The notes under the pieces were generated by a model that saw only the letters and a list, made by a program, of their open reading frames with translations, had not been told where the DNA came from and made no database searches. From Macrostomum lignano (Eukaryota), in NCBI GenBank assembly GCA_002269645.1, contig NIVC01000738.1, positions 310,001 to 374,000 on the forward strand: a DNA stretch of 64,000 bases, given 5' to 3'. Both the position numbers and the translations under genes were made by a program. Shown here piece after piece: positions 21,198-32,024 of this stretch. Position 1 is the first letter of the stretch. Each line of letters opens with the position of its first letter.

Positions 21198-21510
21198 TGT
21201 GCACGAAAAAGCATGCATGTTTGCACAAAATACATACATTTCAATGGGAATTTTTACCCGAATGTGTGCACAAAAAACCTCAACACTTTGCATACTTTTT
21301 AACACTGTGCACGAAAACTTGCATACTTGTGCACAAAATACATGTATTTCAATAGGGATTTGTACCCGAACCTGTGCATGAAAATTGACGCATTTTGTCG
21401 AAAAATTCACGCCGTATTGCATACTTTTAATCACTGGACGAAAACTTGCATACTTGTGGATAAAATACATACATTTCAATGGGGATTTTACCCCAGAGCT
21501 GTGCACAAAA
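21198..21510. repeat. Three degenerate ~108-129 bp direct repeats upstream of the integrase
   Basis: Copies start at 21198, 21306 and 21435 and share tg(t)gcacgaaaa...aaaatacat..atttcaat.gg.attt.tacc. Confidence 0.7.
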
Positions 21511-21702
21511 AATGACTAATTATAGCAAAAATATTTTTGTGAAAGAGCATTTTTCTCTATTTCTGCGTATTAAATATCATAGAGTAAAGCTTGTATTTAT
21601 TATTATTCAAAATATAGTATGTTCGTATTAAATTTACATGCATATAGTTGTTTTAAATCAGATATTTACAAAGAAAAAAAAATTTGTGGGAAAAAGAGCT
21701 TG

Positions 21703-22472
21703 CTAGTGTCCTGACAGATCGCACTGGCCGATATACACTAGCCTGTCGAGCACAACATTCGTCTTGAGAATGTGCACTAGAGCTAAATCCCCGTTGAAAA
21801 TCATCTGATCGCGGAACGTCGGCTTGGCCACAGGCTTCCCTGCTGAATAAACCAGCACGTAGTCCACTTGCTTGCGAACATACTCGATGGTCTACAGGGA
21901 GTTGTTTAGCAGCTTGTTGCAGTCTTTCTTGAACTCATTCTTGGCCTTTTGCACGACGCTCTATGCGGTAGATAATAACTTACGGTTGACACGTCAACAC
22001 ACCGAGTGGTCCTGATTACCCAGCCACTGCCATTGCGTAGTTACTTCTCTATCCGGTTGATGATAGTCTGCATGTCGTCAGAGAAGTAGTACTCCTCCTC
22101 ACTCTGGAGAAGAGAGTGGACCTTGGCAGCAAACCAGGCAGTGTTCTCGGCGGCGCAGCTACCATTAATGATGCGCTGCATCAGGACCCCGAGGCGCAGC
22201 TGAACTTTGATGGCGGTTCCTGGCTCACGTTGATGCTGGGTGATCAAGTCAATGAAAGCTTGACGAGTGTTTTCCAAAACATTCATCGGGTCGCCGCATG
22301 CACTGGCCCGGTAAAGTTGGGACCTGCCATTAAACGCCTCCTTGATCAGTTGAAAATGAATCGCTGGGGAGTCATCTGACTCAAACAGTGCTGGTATCGC
22401 AGGACATACCGCATAGTGCTCCTCAATGCCCCCGATTACTGATGACTCGCAAAAGTCGCAAGTTATTTGCAT
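21703..22472 (-). pseudogene. Protein-primed DNA polymerase B remnant (internally deleted, with nonsense codons)
   Basis: The N-terminal region (CDFC...H...C; KVQLRL...IEK*LRNGSGW) is joined within about 100 nt to motif B (KDCNKLLNNSL*TIEYVRKQVD...AKPTF...IF...KTNVVLDRLVYIGQCDLS). Exonuclease, motif A and motif C are absent. Confidence 0.85.
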
Positions 22473-22532
22473 TTTCGTTGTATTTTTAATTTAATCTAAA
22501 ATAAATAAAAAATCTATGGGGCCGAGGTGCTT

Positions 22533-22700
22533 TATTTATAAAGGGTACTGGAGCCCTTCTCCCGCAGGGTCCAAACCAAATCGTTCATCAGGGACCTCTC
22601 GACCAATAGAATCCATTCTCCACATTTTACTCGGAAATCACTTCAAATGCTTGCTCGACCAATAGAATCCCTTCCCCTCTCTACTCGGAAATTCCAAGCA
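22533..22700 (-). promoter_or_regulatory. Putative PolB promoter: TATAAATA plus duplicated CCAAT-containing 56-bp repeat
   Basis: TATAAATA lies at 22540-22533, about 60 nt before the ATG at 22472. ctcgaccaatagaatcc...tactcggaaat occurs at 22598 and 22654. Confidence 0.45.
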
Positions 22701-22953
22701 ATCAGACCCTCTACCCGTTAAGATCACATTGAAACTCTGTCTTGCGTATCACCACATGCGGTAGAGGATACTCAACTATGGACACTCATTCACATCTCAA
22801 AACTCACCCTTGAACACTCACTTAACTCACCCTTGGACACTCACCCAGACACTCAGCTGCCCAACCCCTCATCTGGCCTGCTCGACCGGCTTGCCCGACC
22901 GGCTTGCCCGACCCCAACCTGGGCTTGCCCGACCCCCTTCTCCGGCCTCCGGT

Positions 22954-23319
22954 ATGGGATGGTGTGCTGGACAGGAAGGGGCCTTGGTATGGGATGGGGT
23001 GCAGGACAGGAGGGGGCCCGGTTTGGGGTCGGAGGTAGGTGCGGCGGTGGTGGGTTTGGGGTCGGGTGGGCGTCTTTGGGGGCCCGGTTTGGGGTCGGGG
23101 TGGGTGCGTGGCGGTGGTGGGTTTGGCCGGGGTCGGGGTGGGTTTGGGGGTCGGGATTGGGTGCGTGGCGGTGGTGGGTTTGGGTCGGGGTGGGTTTGGG
23201 GGTCGGGGTGGGTTTGGCGTCGGGGTGGGCGTTTTTTGGGGGCGCCGTCTCTCCTCATTGGCCGGGTGCCCCGGCCAATCCGGTGCGATGGCGGTAGAGG
23301 GTACCACTTTCCTACTACT
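22954..23319 (-). repeat. Right terminal inverted repeat
   Basis: Reverse complement of the left end, differing in the copy number of internal subrepeats. Confidence 0.92.
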
Positions 23320-23906
23320 AATCATATTTTATCAAAATGGGATGATTTATGGCCACACCTGTCACTTTTCGAGGGTTCTCCGGGGCTTTCAGGTTCAGGT
23401 AGCATCAGTCGATCAGCGAATCAGAAAAATCAGTTGGTGTAATCAGAATTGAAGTATTTCAAAAATCGCCGGGCCAGTTGGTTCCCAATTTGGACCGCTG
23501 ATTTTTCCTGCCTGGAACCAAACCTTTCACTCCGTTCGGCGGGGATCTCTGCTTTCCCCGCGACGCATTTCAGTTCGTTGAGCAACCCTGAGGGACCGTC
23601 TGAGTGAACATCCTCTCCAACTGCCGACTTTCTTTCCCCCGGTTTCAGCGCCGCCCCTCATCGAGCGAAATCGAGTCAGAAGACGCCATCTTCGATGTCA
23701 ACTGCCACAGCTTCATCGAGAGTCGGCCGTCCCTGAGCTACGACTCGGGTGAGAGGCTAATTGAACCTGCTTGGTTGAGAGGACTGTTTATATCTGGCCC
23801 CGTTTCAATAGTTTGATTGGGTGTTGCACTTTACTTGTTTGCTTTTCACGTGCTGAACTTTTCGAGGCAGAAATCCAGCGTTAAATGCTAAGAGCCTAAT
23901 AAAGCA

Positions 23907-24062
23907 TTTTGCAGTCTAGTTTAAGTAAATAATTTTGCAGTCTAGTTTAAGTAAATAATTTTTCAGTCTAGTTTAAGTAAATAATTTTGCAATCTAGTTT
24001 AAGTAAATAATTTTGCAGTCTAGTTTAAGTAAATAATTTTGCAATCTAGTTTAAGTAAATAA
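23907..24062. repeat. 26-bp tandem repeat, 6 copies
   Basis: Unit ttttgcagtctagtttaagtaaataa. Confidence 0.9.
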
Positions 24063-24124
24063 TAAACGCCGTTTAATTCACATTCTAACCATAGACTATG
24101 ATGAATTAAACGGCGTTTATCATA

Positions 24125-24874
24125 TATAGTATTTTGCAGCCCATTTGGGCTTATGCGCATTTAATTTAATCCAAGATACGTTTGCCAATGTAACAGAGCT
24201 TTTGTCTATGGTAGCAAGGCTGGCGCAGCGGCATTTAATTTGGTCCAAAAAGCATCCATTTGGTCCAAACACTCGTGAGCCATTGGACAAACTCTTGCCT
24301 TCTCTCAACCGTCTGCAGGTTGTTGCGCACCGCTAGAATGTCAGCGTCTCTACCAGCAGTTTTCAGTTGCTTTTCCAGAGCTCTGCTGATAGTCGAAATC
24401 TGATAACCAACTGGAGCTGTTCCCTCAATTTCTGCTGCATTTCGGCAACGTCAACAAAGGGTTCGTCTCCACTGCATCGAGTAGCAGTTGGACCTGAGGC
24501 TCTCGAGCAACTTTCCTTGGCGATTGCCACCCTTTCGCACGCAATCTCTGCCGGCAGAGTTTCAACGCGCTGCTGGATGCTGTAAACCACCTTTTCTTTT
24601 ACATTCAGCAACCTTGCAATGTCCTTTGGGTGTTCACCTCCGTCGAGTGCTTCGATCACAAGCCAATGACATTCGTTCAATAGCCTAGCATATGGTCCAC
24701 AATTCTGGGACTGAGCTGCAAATGAACTAAATGGACCAAATTGATGCTTGTCGGACCAAATCAAATGCCGCTGCGCCAGCCTTGCTACCATAGACAAAAG
24801 CTCCGTTACTTTGACAAACAAATCTTGGATTAAATTCGATGTGCGTAAGCCCAAATGGGCTGAAAAAAGCTATA
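24125..24874 (-). mobile_element. Tc1/mariner-type deletion derivative with ~140-bp TIRs
   Basis: Inverted repeats at ~24125-24266 and ~24727-24874. The interior encodes an HTH-like transposase N-terminus (GEHPKDIARLLNVKEKVVYSIQQR...DEPF...EMQQKL). Confidence 0.7.
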
Positions 24875-27041
24875 CTAAATTCGATTGCTCCTGATTTCGA
24901 GGAGATTATATGATATAATATCCAAGGACAACTTGATAACTCATTAAGTTGTCCTTGATAATATCCTAGTTATTGTTAAAATTTACCACAGACAACACAT
25001 TCCCGACTCGGAATAGTAAAATTTTTAACGATTAAATAAACAATCGTATTTTATACAGCGGGCACTCTACTCGTATTTAGACGCTTATATGAAACTTCGT
25101 TAGAAATCAAAAGCAGGCTATGGCCATAGAAAAAATTATGAGTAACACTGATTAGAAATTTGGGGCAGCCGAATCGGACAACTCAATATTTAAATAATTT
25201 TGCAATATTTAGGAGTGTTGCGTCCTGATACAACGGCAACTTCTAGTGGTTCTTGATTTTACAATGGAATTTAGTGCATTCCCCCGATCCTAATCATCGC
25301 CTTGCGGCTTGAATTGACTGCTCTTGCAAGAACTCAAATTTATCTTGCAGCTGTCTTCTCTTCAGCTACAGCTGAAGTTAACATAGAACCTGGCCATACC
25401 TGGGGAGTGAAAATGTGACAGGATAGGAGGCCCTAGCATTTGGTGATTAATTTCTAATGTTCTAATACCCAAGCCTCCAATTAAGACCAGGGACAACTAA
25501 AACAACTCAGGAAGCGAAAAGAGCCAAATCATTGTGAAAAAAAGTTGGAGGCCTGGCCTTGTTTTAGTCTATGGGCACCCAGTTTTTCATGCATTAAATG
25601 CATTACGATCAGCTTAGCTGCTGAAAAGATTTGTCTCTTTTCGCGTCCCGAATGTTTTAGTTGTCCCTGATTAAGGCTTAAAAAGGCGGAACTCATCACT
25701 ATATGGCTAGTTCGTTAAGTCTGAACTTACACTATTTATTTTCAAATAAAAAGAAATTATAACAATTTTCGTATGATGTTACATTTCTATTTAGCTTTCT
25801 TGTTTTCTTTTTCCCCTTTCAACTACATACATGTACAAGATTCAAAAAGGGTCCTTTTTGTCTCCTGGTGAACTTCCTTTGTTAAAAGGTGTTATCTGTT
25901 ATCAACAAAAAATTAACTTTATGCGAACATTAACGGCACGCGCGAGTGCGCTATAAAAACCGCCGCCGCGTTAGAATAATCGGACATAGAGAGTGAGTAG
26001 ACTTCGGCTACAGGCAGGCATATAGTAATAAAAGGCATAGAGTAACAATAAAGATCAGAAAATTACTACTCCTAAGTAGATCTCTTTGCATTAAAAATGT
26101 TGAAGTAAAATTGTAAATGCCCTTATAGGCCTATTATATTATATATCTATTAATTTAGTTCACTACATTGATAGCACCTCGTCCTCGACTTCTCGATGAT
26201 ATGCTAAGATTCTGCTTTTTGCTAGTGTTGAAGCGATTGAACTTGACTTAGTTTTTTAGCCCGCTACATTGTACTTATCTAGATGTAGGGGCCTAGGCTA
26301 GGCCTACTATACAAAGAAATTGTTTCTTTTTGAGCCCAACCAGCAGTAACTTTCTAAGTGTGGGCCTTTCCTAGGACGTAGGTCTAGTTCTAAGTTCGCA
26401 AATGAGAAAAAACATCTGACACTGACAGAGTCATATTATAAAGCCAATGCAAAAGAAGACTGTTGGAGCTACAAGCCTTAGCCTAGCCTATTTGTAATAA
26501 TAATAACATTAACAACAATGGACTTAAATAAAAAATTGCTTGGTTATCAAATGCAATTATCAGATGGCTATCCTAAAAACAAAGATATTGATTCAAGTCA
26601 TGTTCAACAAACAACAATGACTCTACCTATAAAATTAACAAGTCAAAAATTGCCTTTCTCAACACAAAATACTTTTGTGGCAACTGCTACATTAAACCGC
26701 ATGAGACATATCTCAATATCAAAATGTGAAAACACCAATTGGTCACAAGCAGATTCAACTATATATGCAACACTTACAAGGGATTCAAAGAAAAAACTTT
26801 CACTTGGGAAATTAAGTAAGTATAAAAGCATTAATAATTTGACTTAATATAAAAATTTTTATTGATAGTGATTAGTGATAAGTTATGATTAATGCCTATT
26901 TTAATATTGCATATTCTGTATTCAAATACTTATAAATATTTATTTATTATAGGCCTATATAAAATTTTAATTTATATCATTAGTCCTATCTAGACTTAAA
27001 TATGTAGTATCCTAGCTTTAGAGGCATAGCCTAGTTAGAAA

Positions 27042-28034
27042 TAGTGGCAGATCTAGAGTTTCATTTTAGGGGGCAGTCCAAGTTTGGGACACCAACATGA
27101 GTAAAAAGGGTGCCAATTTTTAAGCTAGGGGTGCAAAAATTTATATCAAAGGCAGAAATCAAGCTTAAAGGCGCAAAAATGCATGTAGAGAATAAAAAAT
27201 CAAGTTTAAAGATATTAAAAAAGTGTTAAAGGCAAAAATCAAATTTAAGGGGTGCAAATTTAGTTTTTGGGGGATATAATATGTTCTGCGCCATGACTAA
27301 GGACACGGCGGTTGTGCCTCTAACTCTATGTTTAAGGACACAGCTGCTGTGTCCCTAGCTACCACACTACTCTGTGCCTAAAGCCACGGCGGCCGTGTCT
27401 TTAGCTGTGTGGACTCGCGGCACGGCCGCTATGTCCCTAGCTCTGTGTATGGGGACACGGCGGCCGTGTTCCTAGTAATCTACCACTCACATGCCTGGGG
27501 GCACAGTGGTTATCTCTGAACAATGGGCTTTAAATGCAACATGGTAGCTCAAATGTCGCCGGTAGTGTCTGTAAAGATGGTCAAATATTGTGTCAATCCA
27601 ATATACTAAAACTCCTTTTAAATTATACTACTATATTGCACAAGTATACTGTGTCGTGCAAGGTGCAAACTTGTTTGTTTTTTGTTTTATTTATTATTGC
27701 TTTTTTCGATGCGTATATATCTCGAGCATTTTTGTTGAAATTGACTGTTTGCAAGTATATAATTTAAGAATTGAACTTCTTACCTACCATGCCTAGGGTA
27801 CCTTACAAAAATACATGTAGTGCCGTGTAATTAATTTATATACATGTATGTTAGCGCATCCAACATAGGCCATGGCTCTAGGCACAGAATAGCATGGTAG
27901 CTAGGGACACAGCAGCCGTGTCCTTAGACATAGAGTTAGAGGCATAGCCGCTGTGTCCTTAGTCATGGCGTATGTTCTGTCAAGCTATTTGGGGGGGGGG
28001 GCAGCTGCCCCCTGCCTTCCCAAATCTGCCCATG
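27042..28034. mobile_element. Possible outer MITE hosting the 9-bp-TSD element
   Basis: Weak terminal inverted match (tagtggcagatct / aaatctgcccatg) and a gggggcagctgccccc palindrome. Confidence 0.3.
27289..27970. mobile_element. MITE with ~100-bp TIRs and 9-bp TSD (Mutator-like)
   Basis: TIR cgccatgactaaggacac... / ...gtgtccttagtcatggcg. TSD TATGTTCTG at 27280-27288 and 27971-27979. Confidence 0.88.
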
Positions 28035-28799
28035 GTATAAATTAAAAATAAGACAAATATTTGTAATTAAATTAAATTGACTAAATATTAGGTTTGAATT
28101 GAAATTGGAAAATCGACAATCTAAATATCTAATAGTCACTTTGATACAAGATAAAGATTTGGAACAAATTGAGAATTAGGGCCTAGGCCTTATATATTGG
28201 TTTTGTGGCTTATAAATTAAGTGAATGATTTTTGGATAAATAGGAATTTAGGAATTAAAGACTGAGAAGTTTGTGTTTGAAAAGACAAGAATGTTAGCCT
28301 ATTAGGAGTTATAACCTAGGCTTATAAGTTATGGCTTATAAATATAATTAAGAGATGACAACATGTGGTAGGGCCTAGTCATTATCTTATATAATAAAAC
28401 AATGCATATTTTACTTTCTGATAGTCCTAAGTGCATATTTTTATTGGTAATGCTTATTTAGCTGGCATTAGTCAAATAAGCCTGCTATTACTTTGCATAT
28501 CCAGATAATCATGCAACTCAGTGAATAGTATAAGAACAAGTGATTCACTTCACTGACAGCAAAACTGTATCAGTTTATAACATAACATCCCCCAGTACCA
28601 ATTACAGTGCCATACATGTGCAACCTCCAAAACTTGGTCGGCCATGGGACTTAGTTTTAACAAAAATGTGATCCCATAGTTTTTGGCCAAAAATGCAACT
28701 TACATGTAAAAAAACCCTAAAGCAAAATTAATGCAACTTTGGGTAAATGGCAGGACTACTCGTAACTATGACTGTCTTATCAAGTCAAAATTCCTCATC

Positions 28800-29700
28800 A
28801 GCTACTTAGTACTACTCTGGTATTTTTTCTGGTGGGCATTTTTGCGACTTCCTTGGTTGGCCACCAAATCAGTCGGCCGGATCGGCCAACTCGACCAACT
28901 GTTGCACATGTATGGACAGTGCTGCAGTTCCAGAAGCTTATGCACTTCAGCAGCAAGGGCATATTTGTCTAGGCTCTTTGCCCAATGCAACGCAGCTGCC
29001 TCAACCTTGGAATAATTAGCAAACTGTCTCTGGCACAGGTCTCTCTTCATCTAGCTAAAGGAAGCGATTGCACAAGTTGAGGTCTAGACTGTATGGACTT
29101 TGAAACAGTGTTTGGATGCTTCTCATAGTCCCATACAGTCCTGCTTGCATGCAGTTGGACATTGTCCCACTGCCATAGAACTTCATTCAGGTGGATTGGC
29201 TTTGAATGCAAGCAGCGCCACAAATCAGCTGTCTCATGTAAGGCTGTGGCAGAGATGGAAAATTGCTTGTTTGGAGTGAATGCCATAAGCAGCATTGTTT
29301 TGCAAGCGCTGATCTGCTGTTGCACAACCTGAGGATAGTGATCACCACTTCCCAACTAGTAGCAATTCTTTTGCTTTGGCACCTGTCCATGGAATGGCAT
29401 CCACATCTCATTAGCTGTGACTAGTTTGTCCATCATTGCCTGGATTCTCTCCTGATAGAAGATGGAGCAAATTCTGCTTGCACATTGCACATGAGTAGCC
29501 TTTTGCTCTTTGCTCAGCTGGTGCACCACCCAGACAGCTACCACATTTCACAGGCCAAGATCCTTGGTGAGGATTTCATGTATGCTCATCTTACCAATTT
29601 CTAACCAGTCAGCCCACTCTTGCACACTTGTTTTGCTATCCTCCTGCATGAGTTCTTGCACTAGCTTAATCATCTCTGGCATTCTCATTGTTCTTACATT
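28800..29700 (-). pseudogene. Heavily decayed mariner transposase
   Basis: Fragments WVVHQLSKEQK..HV (WVPHEL-like), KLVTANEMW (VTGDE-like), WDNVQLH (HDNA.PH-like) and AAALHWAKSL...HKLL, in different frames. Confidence 0.6.
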
Positions 29701-29988
29701 TCCTTAGTTGCTCTTGCTGATATCTGTAAGAGATCTTGGGAATTGCTTTTTACTAATGGCAGATTGTTGCTTTATTGGATGCATATTCCCTGTGTGTAGC
29801 AAAAAGTTCTTGTTGACAGTCAGAGGCAATGATCTTCAGTTTAAAGCAAGTCAGTGTGTAGAATTTAACATTATCCATTGCTGCCAACAAAGCTGAGAAG
29901 AAGATTAATAATTATCATTAAGCTTTGTATTGTACTAAGGCTGATGCTCACTTGCAAAATTATGTCAATGCTGCTTTTAATGCATGTC

Positions 29989-30795
29989 CAGTGTTGGGCA
30001 CCAGTTTGTTAACAAGTGTTTATCTGTTAATAAGTTTTAATAAGCATTAAGATTTTTCATTAATGTTAATGGACTGTTGTTAAGAATTTTTGCACTAATG
30101 GATTAACACAATTGCATTTATAATTTTGTAAGTTAACGACAAATTCATTGTTAACATTAATGGCCATGTCAGTGACCAAAAGGCAAGGAAAGAACAAAAA
30201 TATAACTCTAACAAGAAGTTACAACATTACGAATATATTCAAATTTATCTAGATGCCTAATTAATCTCTTTGTTTATAATAATGATCATGCAAACATAAC
30301 AACTTACTAATGAACTTTAATAATGAATTAAAATTTTGAACTTTATTGCTTGCATGTGAGCATGGATCACTTTGATTCACTTCTTTCCCAATCTTTTGTA
30401 ACTTTCTGCTGCACCTACTAATGCTACTGAAACAACTTTCCTATTCATTAACTAATTAGCTTTCAAGTTTCAAATAAATAATTTACTTCTTTTACTGTAT
30501 GCTTACTTTTGGTAGTATTATATACATACAAGTTTTTAAAATTGTTTATTACTAATTTTAGCTTGTAAATCCCTTAGATGATCTCTATGTTTTACTAAAA
30601 AGGTGGAAAAGCAAAGACTGCATTATGGAAGCCTGTTTTGAAAAGAAGTGCAAGATATCTGTATTTTCTGTGGAAACTTTATTGGATTAATGCTTATTAA
30701 TGATTAAGAGTTAATAAGTTAATATTTTCCATTTTAATGCTAATGCTTTTGCCATTAATGAAAGTTAAGAATTTTATTAATGGTGCCCAACATTG
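29989..30795. mobile_element. hAT-type MITE, 807 bp
   Basis: TIR CAGTGTTGGGCACCA / TGGTGCCCAACATTG. 8-bp TSD TGCATGTC at 29981-29988 and 30796-30803. Confidence 0.88.
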
Positions 30796-31867
30796 TGCAT
30801 GTCTATGGCTGAAACTGCATAGTCTGGCAGCTGATGTTTTGTATTTTTATGCGCTGCATCAGTCATTTTGGATTCTAATTGCTTTTTGAGATATATCTCA
30901 AGTTGCATGATTACCTAGACGGACACCCAAAGTATTTAGCCAGCAATCTTGTCCTACTGCTAGGTGCCAGTCAAATAAGTTTAGGCCTATCATTATTTAG
31001 TATCCTACTAGCTAGTAGTCTTACCTCATTGCTGGGTATTATTAAAGCTAAAAAAGCTTGTAATTATTTAGCTAGTAGTAAGTCTTGCCATATTGCAAAT
31101 CAAATAGGCTTATTAATAATTAGCTAGAAGCCCTACCTTACTGCTAGTCAAATAAGATTGTCAATATCCAGCCAATAGTCTTGCCCATTGTTGGTGATAT
31201 AAGCTTGTCACTTCACTATGCTTAAAATATAAAATGTATATACTGCACATATTATAGAATTGTTGAAGTTAAAAGTGTTGAGCAAGGCAGAGTGATTAGC
31301 TAATTTCTAGAACATTTTGAAATCATACAATCAAAAAACTAAAGAAGCAAGTCATGTGATTATGCTAAATCAATGTATTACGATTTTATCTCATATGAAA
31401 ATTTAAATATTTAATAGTAATTTGATATCAATCCAAAAGAAATAAAATTTAACTTATATCTTTCTACCTAGCTACATGATTAATTTTAAAGAAATTTATT
31501 ATGAAATTGTGTTAATAGGACTTTTATGCTAGCTTAAGTTTATGCTAGAAACTTCTAGTGTATCAAGCATGAACTTCATCATAAAATATTAATTCAATAC
31601 ATTATAAATATATACACTAAGAATAGAATGAATATTTATAAATTTTCCATAGATAATTGTCTTAGATTGTTACTATTTGCCATTATATGATTTGCTTATT
31701 CAAATTTACCATTTTGCTTAAATATTGTAATTCTTTAAACATACAAGTGTTTAAGATCTGAAATGCAGTAATTCTTAAAATGAACTTGCACCACAATTTT
31801 CACCTGTAGCTCTGCCTCTGCGGACAGGTTCTGAGCCTCCAGTTAGGAGAAAAGCTTCTATGTAAGT

Positions 31868-31942
31868 TACTACTACTACTACTACTACTATTACTACTAC
31901 TACTACTACTACTATTACTACTACTACTACTACTACTACTAT

Positions 31943-31983
<41 letters not shown>

Positions 31984-32009
31984 TTACTACTACTACTACT
32001 ACTACTACT
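31868..32009. repeat. (TAC)n microsatellite just upstream of the MAP2K7 acceptor
   Basis: Visible. Confidence 0.95.
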
Positions 32010-32024
32010 ACACACGTCCCTCAG

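Larger units (their letters stand above)
12283..23319. mobile_element. Polinton/Maverick (adintovirus-like) element, both ends present, PolB-defective
   Basis: Starts AGTAGTAG and ends CTACTACT. The 6-bp TSD AATCAT sits at 12277-12282 and 23320-23325. TIRs are present, plus integrase, capsid, protease and ATPase genes. Confidence 0.96.
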
